This document shows, piece after piece, positions 12,691 to 21,986 of a stretch of DNA of 64,000 bases. The notes beneath the pieces are model-generated. The model saw only the letters and a list, made by a program, of their open reading frames with translations, was not told the DNA's origin and did not search any database. Numbering within the stretch: position 1 is the first letter of the stretch; each line of letters opens with the position of its first letter. This DNA is from Candidatus Gottesmanbacteria bacterium RIFCSPLOWO2_01_FULL_43_11b (GTDB taxonomy: Bacteria > Patescibacteriota > Microgenomatia > UBA10105 > UBA927): NCBI GenBank assembly GCA_001780985.1, contig MFJV01000001.1:364049-428048 (forward strand). Reading direction: 5' to 3'. Made by a program: the position numbers and the translations under genes.

Positions 12691-12903
12691 ATGAAAAAGA
12701 AACGCAGTCGACGCACACACCACCGCGCTAGAGTTGTCCGAACCAAACCATCAGAGAATTATCTTGTTGTTGTACGAAGCTGGATGCTCGTGGTTCTTTT
12801 TGCCATTATGCTTGGCGTTGGAGCGGTGGTGGGAACCTTCCTCAATACTCAGCTCAACGTTTCCTCTCCTCAAGTTGCAGGTGTTGAAGTAGAACTTAAG
12901 TAA
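12691..12903 (+). CDS. Small basic membrane protein (70 aa, one TM helix), hypothetical
   Basis: ORF MKKKRSRRTHHRARVVRTKP... followed by hydrophobic helix LVVLFAIMLGVGAVVGTFL; promoter-like element upstream. Confidence 0.5.
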   Translation: MKKKRSRRTHHRARVVRTKPSENYLVVVRSWMLVVLFAIMLGVGAVVGTFLNTQLNVSSPQVAGVEVELK

Positions 12904-12943
12904 CGCATAACCCTCTTTGTTTTGATATAATTCCCATAGTTAC

Positions 12944-13016
12944 GGGCCTGTAGCTTAGTTGGTAGAGCGCCGCATTCGCATTGCGGAGATCACCGGTTCG
13001 ACTCCGGTCAGGTCCA
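12944..13016 (+). tRNA. tRNA-Ala (anticodon CGC)
   Basis: Cloverleaf readable: acceptor GGGCCTG/CAGGTCC with G3:U70 Ala identity pair; anticodon stem CCGCA/TGCGG with loop TTCGCAT; T-arm GGTTCGACTCC. Confidence 0.85.
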
Positions 13017-13021
13017 CAAAA

Positions 13022-13092
13022 GGGCCCGTCGTATACCGGTAGTATGACTCCATGGCATGGAGTAGAAAGGGGTTCGATTCCCCTCGGGTCCA
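13022..13092 (+). tRNA. tRNA-Ala (anticodon GGC)
   Basis: Acceptor GGGCCCG/CGGGTCC with G3:U70; anticodon stem ACTCC/GGAGT with loop ATGGCAT; T-arm GGTTCGATTCC; D-arm needs G-U pairs. Confidence 0.75.
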
Positions 13093-13093
13093 C

Positions 13094-14170
13094 TTATTTG
13101 AGAAACGGACGGGGATCGACGGAAACACCGTTTTTGCGTACTTCAAAATGAAGATGCGGACCACTTGATCGACCAGAGGAACCCAGCTTCCCAATAATTT
13201 GTCCTCGCGCGACCCTATCTCCCGGAGCAACATAAATTGCACTCAAATGAGCATAAAGAGTTGAAAGTCCATTCCCATGATCGACAATTATATGCTCTCC
13301 ATACCCATACCGGAGATATTGCACAACGCTCACAACCCCTGCATCTCCCGCAGCCACACCAGGAAGTCCAGGATTTGCGATATCAAGCGCCATATGATAC
13401 CAAACCGGATACTGTGTGATCATTCCTCCTACCGGCCAAACAAACTGGCCAGTACCACCTGCGGCAATTGGAGGTAATGCTCGTATAATTGCAGGAGCCT
13501 GGGGTTGAACTCCATCGGGCACAACGAGTGTTTGCCCTACGTTAAGTGCAAAGGTATCAAGATCAGAAAAATCATTAAACGGAAAGTTGACGATTTTCTG
13601 GGCTTCAGTTTTATATTTTTTTGCAATGCTATAGATAGTTTCCCCTTCACGAACCTTGTGCACAATTCCGGTAACAGGAGGAATTTTTAATTCCTGACCC
13701 ACACTCAAACTATCTCTTTTTAGATCATTCGCCCATTTTATTGTATCAATTGATACTGCAAATTTTTCTGCTATTTTAGCAAGCGTATCTCCTCCTTCAA
13801 CGGTATAGGTAATTACTTGATCGCGCGGTTTTTCAGAAATCTGCGTTTGCACGCCGTATTCCGTCAAATCAAACGACGAGAGTGCTGCTGAAGGAGGTGT
13901 AAACTCAGCAAGTGCCGCAGGGAGTCCTCCTGGATAGGTACGAGCCAATATTGGACCTCCCATAACACCAACAGCAAAGAGAATGCTTAACGAAAAATAG
14001 AGAAATGGTCGCTGGTATGTTCCACGACGAGCCATGAGGATTTCCACGAGACTATCTTTATTCGTTTCAAACCAATGGCCAAATCGCGAAAGTTTCCGTT
14101 CGAGGTATACTCCCCACCCTCGTAACCACAAAACAACATCGTCTTTAAAACCGACAAAATATTTTTTCAT
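13094..14170 (-). CDS. LysM-domain M23 (LytM-type) peptidoglycan peptidase with N-terminal membrane anchor
   Basis: Two LysM-like segments (DTLAKIAEKFAVSIDTIKWANDL...; TIYSIAKKYKTEAQKIV...) and C-terminal M23 motifs (HMALDI..., GQIIGKLGSSGRSSGPHLHFEV). Confidence 0.85.
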   Translation of the reverse strand: MKKYFVGFKDDVVLWLRGWGVYLERKLSRFGHWFETNKDSLVEILMARRGTYQRPFLYFSLSILFAVGVMGGPILARTYPGGLPAALAEFTPPSAALSSFDLTEYGVQTQISEKPRDQVITYTVEGGDTLAKIAEKFAVSIDTIKWANDLKRDSLSVGQELKIPPVTGIVHKVREGETIYSIAKKYKTEAQKIVNFPFNDFSDLDTFALNVGQTLVVPDGVQPQAPAIIRALPPIAAGGTGQFVWPVGGMITQYPVWYHMALDIANPGLPGVAAGDAGVVSVVQYLRYGYGEHIIVDHGNGLSTLYAHLSAIYVAPGDRVARGQIIGKLGSSGRSSGPHLHFEVRKNGVSVDPRPFLK

Positions 14171-14198
14171 TGGGATAAGTCGGAGGGTAACACAAACT

Positions 14199-15557
14199 TT
14201 ACCCCTTTGCGAGGCTTTCGAGGAATTCTTCGTTGCTTTTACTTTTAGAGAGTCGCTCGATAAGCATCAGGGTACGTTCTTCGTCGGATAGAAGCGAGAG
14301 CATATGTCGAAGTGTCGTTACTTTTTTCATCACTTCTTCCCCTAAGAGAAGTTCGTCGTGGCGTGTACCGGACTTGCCTACATCTATTGCCGGAAAAACA
14401 CGACGTTCCTGCAAAACGCGTGAAAGAGTGAGCTCCATGTTTCCTGTTCCTTTAAATTCTTCATAAATAAGGTCATCCATGCGACTCCCCGTATCAATAA
14501 GTGCTGTTCCGATAACCGTCATCGACCCCCCGCCTTCAACACACCGAGCTGCTCCTAAGAATCTTTTTGCAGGATAAAGAGCGGCTGGATCAAACCCTCC
14601 GGATAACGTTCGGCCGCTTGGATTAACAACAAGGTTGTATGCCCTGGCAAGTCGTGTTATTGAATCGAGAAGAATCACTACATCTTTACCCATTTCAACA
14701 AGTCGTTTCGCCCGATCCAAAGAAACCTCTGCAATACGCGTTTGTTCAGCTGGTGATTCATCGAAGTTGCTGGCAAACACTTCACCTTCAACCGATCGAC
14801 TGATATCAGTAACCTCCTCCGGTCGCTCCCCGATTAACGCCGCCATGAGGTGTACTTCTGGGTAATTCTTTGAAATTCCTGCAGCAATTTCTTTCAGTAT
14901 TGTTGTTTTCCCGGCTTTTGGAGGGCTGACGATTAAACCCCGCTGACCAAATCCAATCGGTGCAACCAGATCAATCATGCGCGTCGAAAGCGGTGCCTGA
15001 CCTGTTTCAAGTTTGAGGTGTTTATTGGGGTATATGGGGGTAAGATCCTCAAATTTTGCCCGTGTCTCCATCTTATCAGCTGAGACTTCATTGACTTTTT
15101 CTACTTTGAGAAGCCCCCAATATCGCTCGTTATCCTTTGGAGGCCGGGCTTGTCCTTCGACCATATCACCATTACGAAGTAAAAATCTGCGGATTTGCGA
15201 CATGGAAATGTAAATATCCTTTTCACTGGGGGTGTATTTAGGGCGGAGAAATCCATGCCCTTCCGGCATTGTATCTAAAACACCACGGACTGTTTCGGTG
15301 GGAACGTCAATATCCGGCGTATGATTACCGTTTGGAAAATTTCCTCCGCCAAAATTTCTTTGTGGCCTTCGGAAGCCAAAATTTCTCGGACGCGGCACAT
15401 ACCCTGGCCTTGCTTGTGTTTCTTGCGTTGCTGGTGTTGCTACTTTCGGACCACCGACAAAATCCTCGACACTCGCTTCGGATGCGTCGCTTTTAGTATC
15501 CTCAACTATTGGAGGTGGACTTTGTACAGATGATTTTTTCGTGGCTCGAAAAGCCAT
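14199..15557 (-). CDS. rho: Transcription termination factor Rho
   Basis: P-loop [12 protein letters not shown], Rho signature regions ([43 protein letters not shown]), extended N-terminal domain. Confidence 0.95.
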   Translation of the reverse strand: MAFRATKKSSVQSPPPIVEDTKSDASEASVEDFVGGPKVATPATQETQARPGYVPRPRNFGFRRPQRNFGGGNFPNGNHTPDIDVPTETVRGVLDTMPEGHGFLRPKYTPSEKDIYISMSQIRRFLLRNGDMVEGQARPPKDNERYWGLLKVEKVNEVSADKMETRAKFEDLTPIYPNKHLKLETGQAPLSTRMIDLVAPIGFGQRGLIVSPPKAGKTTILKEIAAGISKNYPEVHLMAALIGERPEEVTDISRSVEGEVFASNFDESPAEQTRIAEVSLDRAKRLVEMGKDVVILLDSITRLARAYNLVVNPSGRTLSGGFDPAALYPAKRFLGAARCVEGGGSMTVIGTALIDTGSRMDDLIYEEFKGTGNMELTLSRVLQERRVFPAIDVGKSGTRHDELLLGEEVMKKVTTLRHMLSLLSDEERTLMLIERLSKSKSNEEFLESLAKG

Positions 15558-15672
15558 AGATGTGGAAATGGAATTATATGGAAATCAAAAAACTTCGAGA
15601 GGGATAAACTTCTCTGGTTGCTCTGCATTAAACCACGTTCACCGTTTCTTGTCAATACCCTTCGACTTTCGC

Positions 15673-17703
15673 TCAGGGCAAGACATCAACCTGATAGATA
15701 ACCGTCTCACCAGACCGAAATGCTTCGTATCCGAGAATTGAAAATTTCTCTTCGTTAAGATTTTGATACTTTTCCCGTTCGAGGGTGCCGACAACAACAT
15801 AGAGAACGTTAAATTTACCGAGTAGTTCTCGCGTAAGATCAGTATTATCCGCTTCGTAAATCAAGCGCACAATCTCGCGCCTCGGCGAGACTACATCGTA
15901 ACTTCCTCGCCACAGCCATTCATGAACAGCCCACCCAATAACCGTCGGACTACCGGTAAAGGCAGAAAAACGGGCGTAATCCGTATAACTATCCCCATCT
16001 GCCTCAACAAGTATTATTTGGTCACTGGGTTCTGTGTTCTGAGTTCTTAGCCACTGTATGGCAGCATAATCATCAGGATATTCCCGTTCCAACCAGCTCA
16101 GTCCGTAAATTCCTTCATAATTTTTCAGGCTGTTAAAGTAGCTCCGGACGCTAAATATTGGATATATGGAAACTAACAAAAGTTGGGGGATAAGAAATAC
16201 GAAAAAAAGTTTTTTCCGAATCTTCACAATTACATATGCAGCAATAATTGAAAATATAATAAATGCCTGATAGCCGAGTTTAAACATTGTGTTACTTCGA
16301 AAATGCGCCGGATATATATCTTTGAAATAAAAAAATTCAGGGAAAATAATCAGTGCCAAAGAGAATATAAAGAACACTTTTAGTATTCTCTCGTTTAGAT
16401 TACTCTTTTGCTTTATATGTGAGGTTTCAGAAAAAAATAACCAATACCCGCAGTAAAGAAAAAATCCCCATAGGAGCATCATCATCCACAGCGGTGACCG
16501 CTGACATTTTTCAATCGTTTCAAAAATAATAGGACCGATTTTCGTATTTTGTAAAAACGCCGGCGGACAGTTCACTGCAAGACCATTAACGAAAGAGTCA
16601 AAATGAAAAAGGAATGGTAAACTTGTGACTATTGCGGCAATTAACACAGTGACTATAGCGCTCCCCTTCTCATACAACCGACCGATAGAGCGTATGATGG
16701 TGACGATCGCAAACAAACCAAAGTAAATTGGGCCGTCTAAGGCGTTGGTCATAAGGAGAATTCCGCACAAAAATCCATAAAAAATAGCATTTCCCTTTTG
16801 AATAAGAAGGGCTATAGCCAGAAGCGTAAACGGAATGGAGAGTACATGGCCATGGACGTCTGATACGACAAAGGAGTAACTGGGAAATTCATGAATTGTG
16901 AACGGAATAAAACGGGTTGCATTTGCATACCAATACGTATTTAATCCCTCTATTGTCCAACCAATATTCCAAAACGGTGCGACATTGTCTCCTAAATACC
17001 CCTTAGTAAAGGCATAGATTGTCTGCATGTTCCCTGCAAAAGTTACGAGAAATGCAGTTAATAACCCACCCCAAATTTTTCCGGTCAACTGCTTCCCTAT
17101 TGAAAAACTCATGGTGAAACAGAAGGCAAAAATCGTAGCGAGCATGAGATTAAATGTATACGCAAGGCTCTGACCGGACAATTTCGTTAACACCGCAGTA
17201 ACAAGATGCCCAAAATAATAGTAATTAACAGGATCTCCCGCATACCACATATCCGGAGGGGGGAAAACCTGCCTGCCGGCAGGCAGGTATCCGGAGTTGA
17301 GAATTGATTGCATGAAGCCAAAATCCATGAATTTCTCGAGTCCCCGGATAGACGGCTCATGCGCTTTAACCCAGGTCCAAAAAAGTAGTGCAAAAAAGAA
17401 AAAAAATTCTTCAAAAAGAATTAAACGGTTCTTTTTTGAAGCTTTTCCATGGAATCGAAAACTCAAAAGAAATAGAGCACCTAAAGAAATGAGAGTCGTT
17501 ACATTAGTAAATGGGGCAATCTTCAGAGTTCCCAACACATAGACAACCCAAGATACAAGTGCGATCCCCACTGCTTTACCAAACAAATACCCTTCATCAA
17601 ACCAGGATGAAAAAAGTCTTCGTGTCAGAGGGTATGCAGCTGCACCAAAAAGCAGCAGTGTCCCCCACCACCGTACAACAATCCAAAAATCCGACAGAGG
17701 CAT
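15673..17703 (-). CDS. DUF2298 / Chlor_Arch_YYY-family polytopic membrane protein (putative glycosylation-related)
   Basis: 676-aa multi-TM protein containing the NYYYFGH motif typical of the YYY domain family. Confidence 0.6.
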   Translation of the reverse strand: MPLSDFWIVVRWWGTLLLFGAAAYPLTRRLFSSWFDEGYLFGKAVGIALVSWVVYVLGTLKIAPFTNVTTLISLGALFLLSFRFHGKASKKNRLILFEEFFFFFALLFWTWVKAHEPSIRGLEKFMDFGFMQSILNSGYLPAGRQVFPPPDMWYAGDPVNYYYFGHLVTAVLTKLSGQSLAYTFNLMLATIFAFCFTMSFSIGKQLTGKIWGGLLTAFLVTFAGNMQTIYAFTKGYLGDNVAPFWNIGWTIEGLNTYWYANATRFIPFTIHEFPSYSFVVSDVHGHVLSIPFTLLAIALLIQKGNAIFYGFLCGILLMTNALDGPIYFGLFAIVTIIRSIGRLYEKGSAIVTVLIAAIVTSLPFLFHFDSFVNGLAVNCPPAFLQNTKIGPIIFETIEKCQRSPLWMMMLLWGFFLYCGYWLFFSETSHIKQKSNLNERILKVFFIFSLALIIFPEFFYFKDIYPAHFRSNTMFKLGYQAFIIFSIIAAYVIVKIRKKLFFVFLIPQLLLVSIYPIFSVRSYFNSLKNYEGIYGLSWLEREYPDDYAAIQWLRTQNTEPSDQIILVEADGDSYTDYARFSAFTGSPTVIGWAVHEWLWRGSYDVVSPRREIVRLIYEADNTDLTRELLGKFNVLYVVVGTLEREKYQNLNEEKFSILGYEAFRSGETVIYQVDVLP

Positions 17704-17748
17704 ATGGAGAGATTATACCTCGTGTTACAATAATGCACATGGCAAAAA

Positions 17749-19334
17749 GAACAGAGTGGTTGATCTTGGCTTCTATACTTGTTATTGGAGCTTTATTCCG
17801 TTTTTACAATCTCAATTGGGATCAAGGACACTATTTTCACCCTGACGAACGAAATATAGCAGTTGCAGTAGGCAAAATTCGCTTTTTTTCCCAAATGAAT
17901 CCGGATTTTTTCGCGTACGGTAGTGTTCCTGTTTACCTTTACCGATCAGCCGCGGATATCGTCGTAAAAATAACCGGTGATGTTGATTGGACGAGAGACT
18001 GGGGAAAAATAAATCTTATTGGGCGGCATTTCTCCGCGCTCTTTTCAACAATAACAGTTCTTCTTGTATACCTCTTGACCCGAAAAATTCTCATACCCAC
18101 CGCAGCACTTGTTGCCGCATGGGTTACTGCAACAACACCGATACTTATTCAACAAGCGCATTTTAGTGTTACTGAAAGCATGCTCGCATTCTGGGTAGTA
18201 CTCCTCACCTATCTCACTGTTCAAAGAAAAAATCCTATTATTTTAGGTTGCATGTTTGGGCTTAGTGTGGCAACAAAAATGTCTGCCTTAAGCTTCGGAA
18301 TCATACCAATTGCCATGTTCATTTGGAAAAAACAAACCAAACGAATATTCATTTTTCTCCTGACTGCATCGCTTATCTATGGAATACTCTCTCCCTACAC
18401 ATTTTTGCGCTGGGATAAATTCATGGAATCGATGAACTATGAAGGCGGCATTATCACGGGGAAACTCCTGGTTGTTTACGTGTACCAATTCCTGCAGACA
18501 CAACCATACCTCTACCAGCTCTCTCAACTTCCCTATACCCAGGGGTATGTTCTCGCAGGATTAAGCATTGCCGGATGTATTTTGCTTATCATAAACACTA
18601 CAAAACACAAAAAATGGCCTATTGTAATGGTCTTTCTCTGGCCTTTACTCTATTTTCTCTACGTCGGGAGCTGGTTTACAAAATTCGTCCGCTACTTTGT
18701 ACCTCTCTATCCCTTTTTATCTATTGCGGCGGCGTATTTTATTGCGAATCTTAATAAAAACATTAAGTGGGTATTCCTCGCAGTCCTTGTGATTAGTCCG
18801 TTTCTTCGAAGTATTGCATTTATGCATATCTATGCTTCCCCACAAACGCGAATTGCCGCATCCGACTGGATTTATGAAAACGTTGCGAAAAAATCCACGA
18901 TACTCACGGAACATTGGGATGATGGATTGCCTCTCTCATTTTCTCCACAAAAAGATCCCGGAATTTACCAAACCCGACAGCTGACCATTTACGAGCCGGA
19001 TAATTTAGAAAAAATTGACTACTATGCTGAAAATCTAAGTCAGGCAGACTTTCTGTTTATAAATAGTCGCAGGCTCTACGGAACGCTCATGCATCTATCC
19101 AATCGCTATCCTATTACAAGCAAGTACTACAAATTATTATTTAATGGATCTCTCGGATACAAAAAGGTGGCAGAATTTACCGTTTACCCCACCCTAAAAC
19201 TTGGCTCTTGGGTATTTGAGTTTAATGATGACAATAGTGAAGAAAGTTTTCAGGTGTATGATCATCCTAAGGTATTCATTTTCGAAAATGTTGCTCACCT
19301 CTCAAAAGAACAATTGAAGACACAATTCTTATGA
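17749..19334 (+). CDS. GT-C family membrane glycosyltransferase, PMT/ArnT (GT39)-like
   Basis: Multi-TM protein with first-loop HYFHPDER (DE-type motif). Start chosen at MAKRTEW (17749) because the longer track ORF (17511) overlaps the divergent DUF2298 gene. Confidence 0.6.
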
Positions 19335-20590
19335 AAATCGCAATTATCGGCGGCGGATTTACGGGGTTATCTGCAGCATACGAGCTCACCAAACGCGGAC
19401 ATAACGTTTCCGTTTTTGAAAAAGAAAAAACGCTCGGAGGTCTTGCGTACGGATTCCGACAACCTAACTGGGATTGGCATCTCGAGGGCGGATATCATCA
19501 TTGGTTCACAAATGATCATGCAATGCGTAAGCTCATTAAAGAGTTAGGCCTTTATGAAAAACTCATTATAAAGCGGCCAATTACGGCAAATTACTATAAA
19601 GGAAAAGTCTTTCAATTTGACTCTCCAGTACATTTATTTACCTATCCATATCTTTCACCGGTCGACAAACTTCGTACCGCTCTACTCCTCGCCCTATGTA
19701 AAGTAAATCCGTTCTGGAAACTGCTTGAGAACATAACGGCGAAAGATTTTTTTGTAACTATCGGCGGAAAACCAGCATGGGACGTGCTGTGGGAGCCTCT
19801 TATGTACGGCAAATTCGGCGAGTATGCCGATACCATTGCAGCAAGTTGGCTCTGGGCAAGAATTAAAAAAAGGACACAGCGTCTTATGTACATTGCGGGT
19901 GGATTTCACACGGTTGTTGAGGCATTAGTACAAGCGATCAAAAAAAACGGCGGAAAAATTATAGCCGGAAAAACACTCACCTCGATTCCTAAGGGGTTCG
20001 ATCACACACTCCTGACTGTTCCAACGACGATTGCAGCAAAGCTAACGCCCGATCTTCCGATCCCGACCATACCTCATTTACATGCACAAACCCTTATTTT
20101 GGAAACCGATAAGCCAATACTCAAAGATGTCTATTGGCTCAATGTCGCCGACCGATCATTCCCCTTTTTAGCTGTTGTTGCTCACACGAACTTTATGCAT
20201 TCTAAATATTATGGAAATCACCACATCACCTATTTCGGAAATTACCTGCCCCAAGGTCACCCATATCTTTCTATGACCAAAGAACAGTTGCTTAAAGAAT
20301 TCATGCCATACATTAATAAAATTTCATCCGTCCAGCTGGCGGATCAAATTTCAAATTTTTATATGTTCGTCGGCCCGTTTGCTCAACCGGTTCACCAACT
20401 TCACTATTCACGTCGTGCACCTAAGTTAACAACGTCGGATAAAAAAATATTTTTAACTAACCTCGATAGTATCTATCCGTGGGATCGGGGAACAAATTAC
20501 GCGGTGGAATTGGGAATCAAAGCCGCACTCTCCATGGGAGGTAGTTCGCCTGCCCAACAAACTACCCCCCATGCAAAGTACGCCGTATAA
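19331..20590 (+). CDS. FAD/NAD(P)-binding oxidoreductase (amine-oxidase / phytoene-desaturase superfamily)
   Basis: N-terminal dinucleotide-binding motif KIAIIGGGFTGLSAAYEL...FEKEKTLGG; ATGA overlap with the upstream GT gene suggests translational coupling. Confidence 0.8.
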   Translation: MKIAIIGGGFTGLSAAYELTKRGHNVSVFEKEKTLGGLAYGFRQPNWDWHLEGGYHHWFTNDHAMRKLIKELGLYEKLIIKRPITANYYKGKVFQFDSPVHLFTYPYLSPVDKLRTALLLALCKVNPFWKLLENITAKDFFVTIGGKPAWDVLWEPLMYGKFGEYADTIAASWLWARIKKRTQRLMYIAGGFHTVVEALVQAIKKNGGKIIAGKTLTSIPKGFDHTLLTVPTTIAAKLTPDLPIPTIPHLHAQTLILETDKPILKDVYWLNVADRSFPFLAVVAHTNFMHSKYYGNHHITYFGNYLPQGHPYLSMTKEQLLKEFMPYINKISSVQLADQISNFYMFVGPFAQPVHQLHYSRRAPKLTTSDKKIFLTNLDSIYPWDRGTNYAVELGIKAALSMGGSSPAQQTTPHAKYAV

Positions 20591-20631
20591 TTTTTCTACT
20601 CAATACTGTTCAAGAAGATTGTCGTTGATGG

Positions 20632-20660
20632 ATTGTAGCGCGGTAAAAATTGCTTGTCAA
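20632..20660 (-). promoter_or_regulatory. Near-consensus sigma70-like promoter on minus strand (TTGACA-N17-TACAAT), copy 2
   Basis: Plus-strand attgta (20632-37) and tgtcaa (20655-60). Would fire antisense toward the 3-prime end of the FAD-oxidoreductase gene. Confidence 0.3.
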
Positions 20661-20817
20661 ATATTTCAAAATTAAACGTGAAAAAGGAGCTATCTAATAG
20701 TCTAAATATACTATACTAGATTCAGAATTTTATTTGACAAGGAATGAAGCGGTTGTTAACTTTGTGGAATAGGTATCACTCCCTTTTGCCCAAACGGGAC
20801 GATACCAAATATAAAAA

Positions 20818-20870
20818 GCATTACTACACGTAGCTCATCCCAATCGTGCTAGCGGTAGTGATGCTTTTTT
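20818..20870. terminator. Intrinsic terminator (likely bidirectional): 11-bp stem AGCATTACTAC/GTAGTGATGCT followed by T6 on plus and a T-run on minus
   Basis: Perfect inverted repeat enclosing the 15-mer CCCAATCGTGCTAGC; T-run 20865-20870; A-run on the 5-prime side. Confidence 0.5.
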
Positions 20871-21032
20871 AAAGCGTAAATACCGGCAAGTTGATGCCCT
20901 TTTGCTTGAGTTTGAGGAGTTGGTCGCGCACCTCTTTCTCAAATTTTTTTTGCTCTTCTATACGAGGCGACACGCGCTTGTCGCCCTGCCCCCCCAATCG
21001 TGCTAGCAGTTTTAGAATGTTCACTTTTAACT

Positions 21033-21062
21033 ATTGTAAGCAGGTTCTCAAATGCTTGTCAA
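21033..21062 (-). promoter_or_regulatory. Near-consensus sigma70-like promoter on minus strand (TTGACA-N18-TACAAT), copy 1
   Basis: Plus-strand attgta (21033-38) and tgtcaa (21057-62); shares the extended motif aatgcttgtcaa / aattgcttgtcaa with copy 2. Confidence 0.3.
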
Positions 21063-21187
21063 GTCCCATAGGAAATTATTGTAGGAAAAACTATAGTCCT
21101 GTAGTTATTTTATCGTTATTTACATTGCTAGTATGCACTAAAAACTTTGATGAGAATTTGTGTGGATAACTTGTGGGAAACAAATTT

Positions 21188-21982
21188 TTACTTGAGACGT
21201 GAAAAAAACAGTTGTCCTGCCGGAGTCTGGAGAACTTTCGTAACAACGATAGCAACATCGAGTCCAACTTTATCTTTTGCATTATCAACCACAACCATAG
21301 TGCCATCGGCTAAATACCCTACTCCCTGCGATCGCTCTCTTCCTTCGTGGGTGATTTTCATTGTTAATTCTTCACCGGGAACAAGAGCAATCTTCATTGC
21401 TTGCGCCAAATCATTTACGTTTAATACTTTCAATCCCTGAGCACGGCTAATCTGCGCAAGATTAAAATCAACAGTAATAATCGCACTATCCCAGCGTTTA
21501 GCAAGCGCCATGAGCTTGTGGTCTACTTCTTTTGCGTCCGGGATATCGTCACCGACTATTTTAACCTTCAAAAATGCGTTGGTCTTCTGCCCTCGTAGCC
21601 TTCCAACAATCTCAATCCCGCGTCTTCCTTTGGCTCGGCGGAGGGAGTCGGCGCTATCGGCAATATGCTGAACTTCTCCTAAAATAAATTGCGGAATAAT
21701 GAGTGTTCCGATAATAAAACCGCTGTTGACAATAGGGAGAATCCTGCCGTCTATAAGAACGCTTGTGTCGACAAGAAGATATGGGCGGGAACCAAAATTC
21801 GGTTGTTTTTTGGCAACATTAGTCCGTCGGAACGGCCTCGTTGTTAATTGACCCAAGCTCGTAAGGTTTTTAGCAATTTCCCGAGCCAGTGTTTGCGTAA
21901 ATGCTGCAGTTGGCTTTGTGAAAAGTTCCAATGCTTGTTTGCCTGAAGGGAGTTTTCTTCTGTGATTATTTCTCTTTTTCAC
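21188..21982 (-). CDS. PIN + TRAM domain protein (YacL-like)
   Basis: PIN-like LLVDTSVLIDGRI region and C-terminal TRAM-like beta-rich region; located immediately downstream of radA, as yacL is in Firmicutes. Confidence 0.75.
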   Translation of the reverse strand: MKKRNNHRRKLPSGKQALELFTKPTAAFTQTLAREIAKNLTSLGQLTTRPFRRTNVAKKQPNFGSRPYLLVDTSVLIDGRILPIVNSGFIIGTLIIPQFILGEVQHIADSADSLRRAKGRRGIEIVGRLRGQKTNAFLKVKIVGDDIPDAKEVDHKLMALAKRWDSAIITVDFNLAQISRAQGLKVLNVNDLAQAMKIALVPGEELTMKITHEGRERSQGVGYLADGTMVVVDNAKDKVGLDVAIVVTKVLQTPAGQLFFSRLK

Positions 21983-21986
21983 GCAC

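Noticed and set aside
12896-13242. Track ORFs 12896..13093(-) and 12955..13242(-)
   Set aside because: They overlap the two tRNA-Ala genes on the opposite strand and translate tRNA sequence.
17511-17748. Long form of the GT39-like ORF starting at 17511
   Set aside because: It overlaps the divergent DUF2298 gene by about 190 bp. The Met at 17749 begins right at the first TM helix.
20891-21306. Track ORFs 20891..21169(+), 21091..21306(-) and 21147..21440(+) in and around the convergent intergenic region
   Set aside because: Cys-rich, low-complexity translations with no ribosome-binding site. The region is better explained by terminators and promoter-like repeats; 21147..21440 is antisense to the YacL-like gene.
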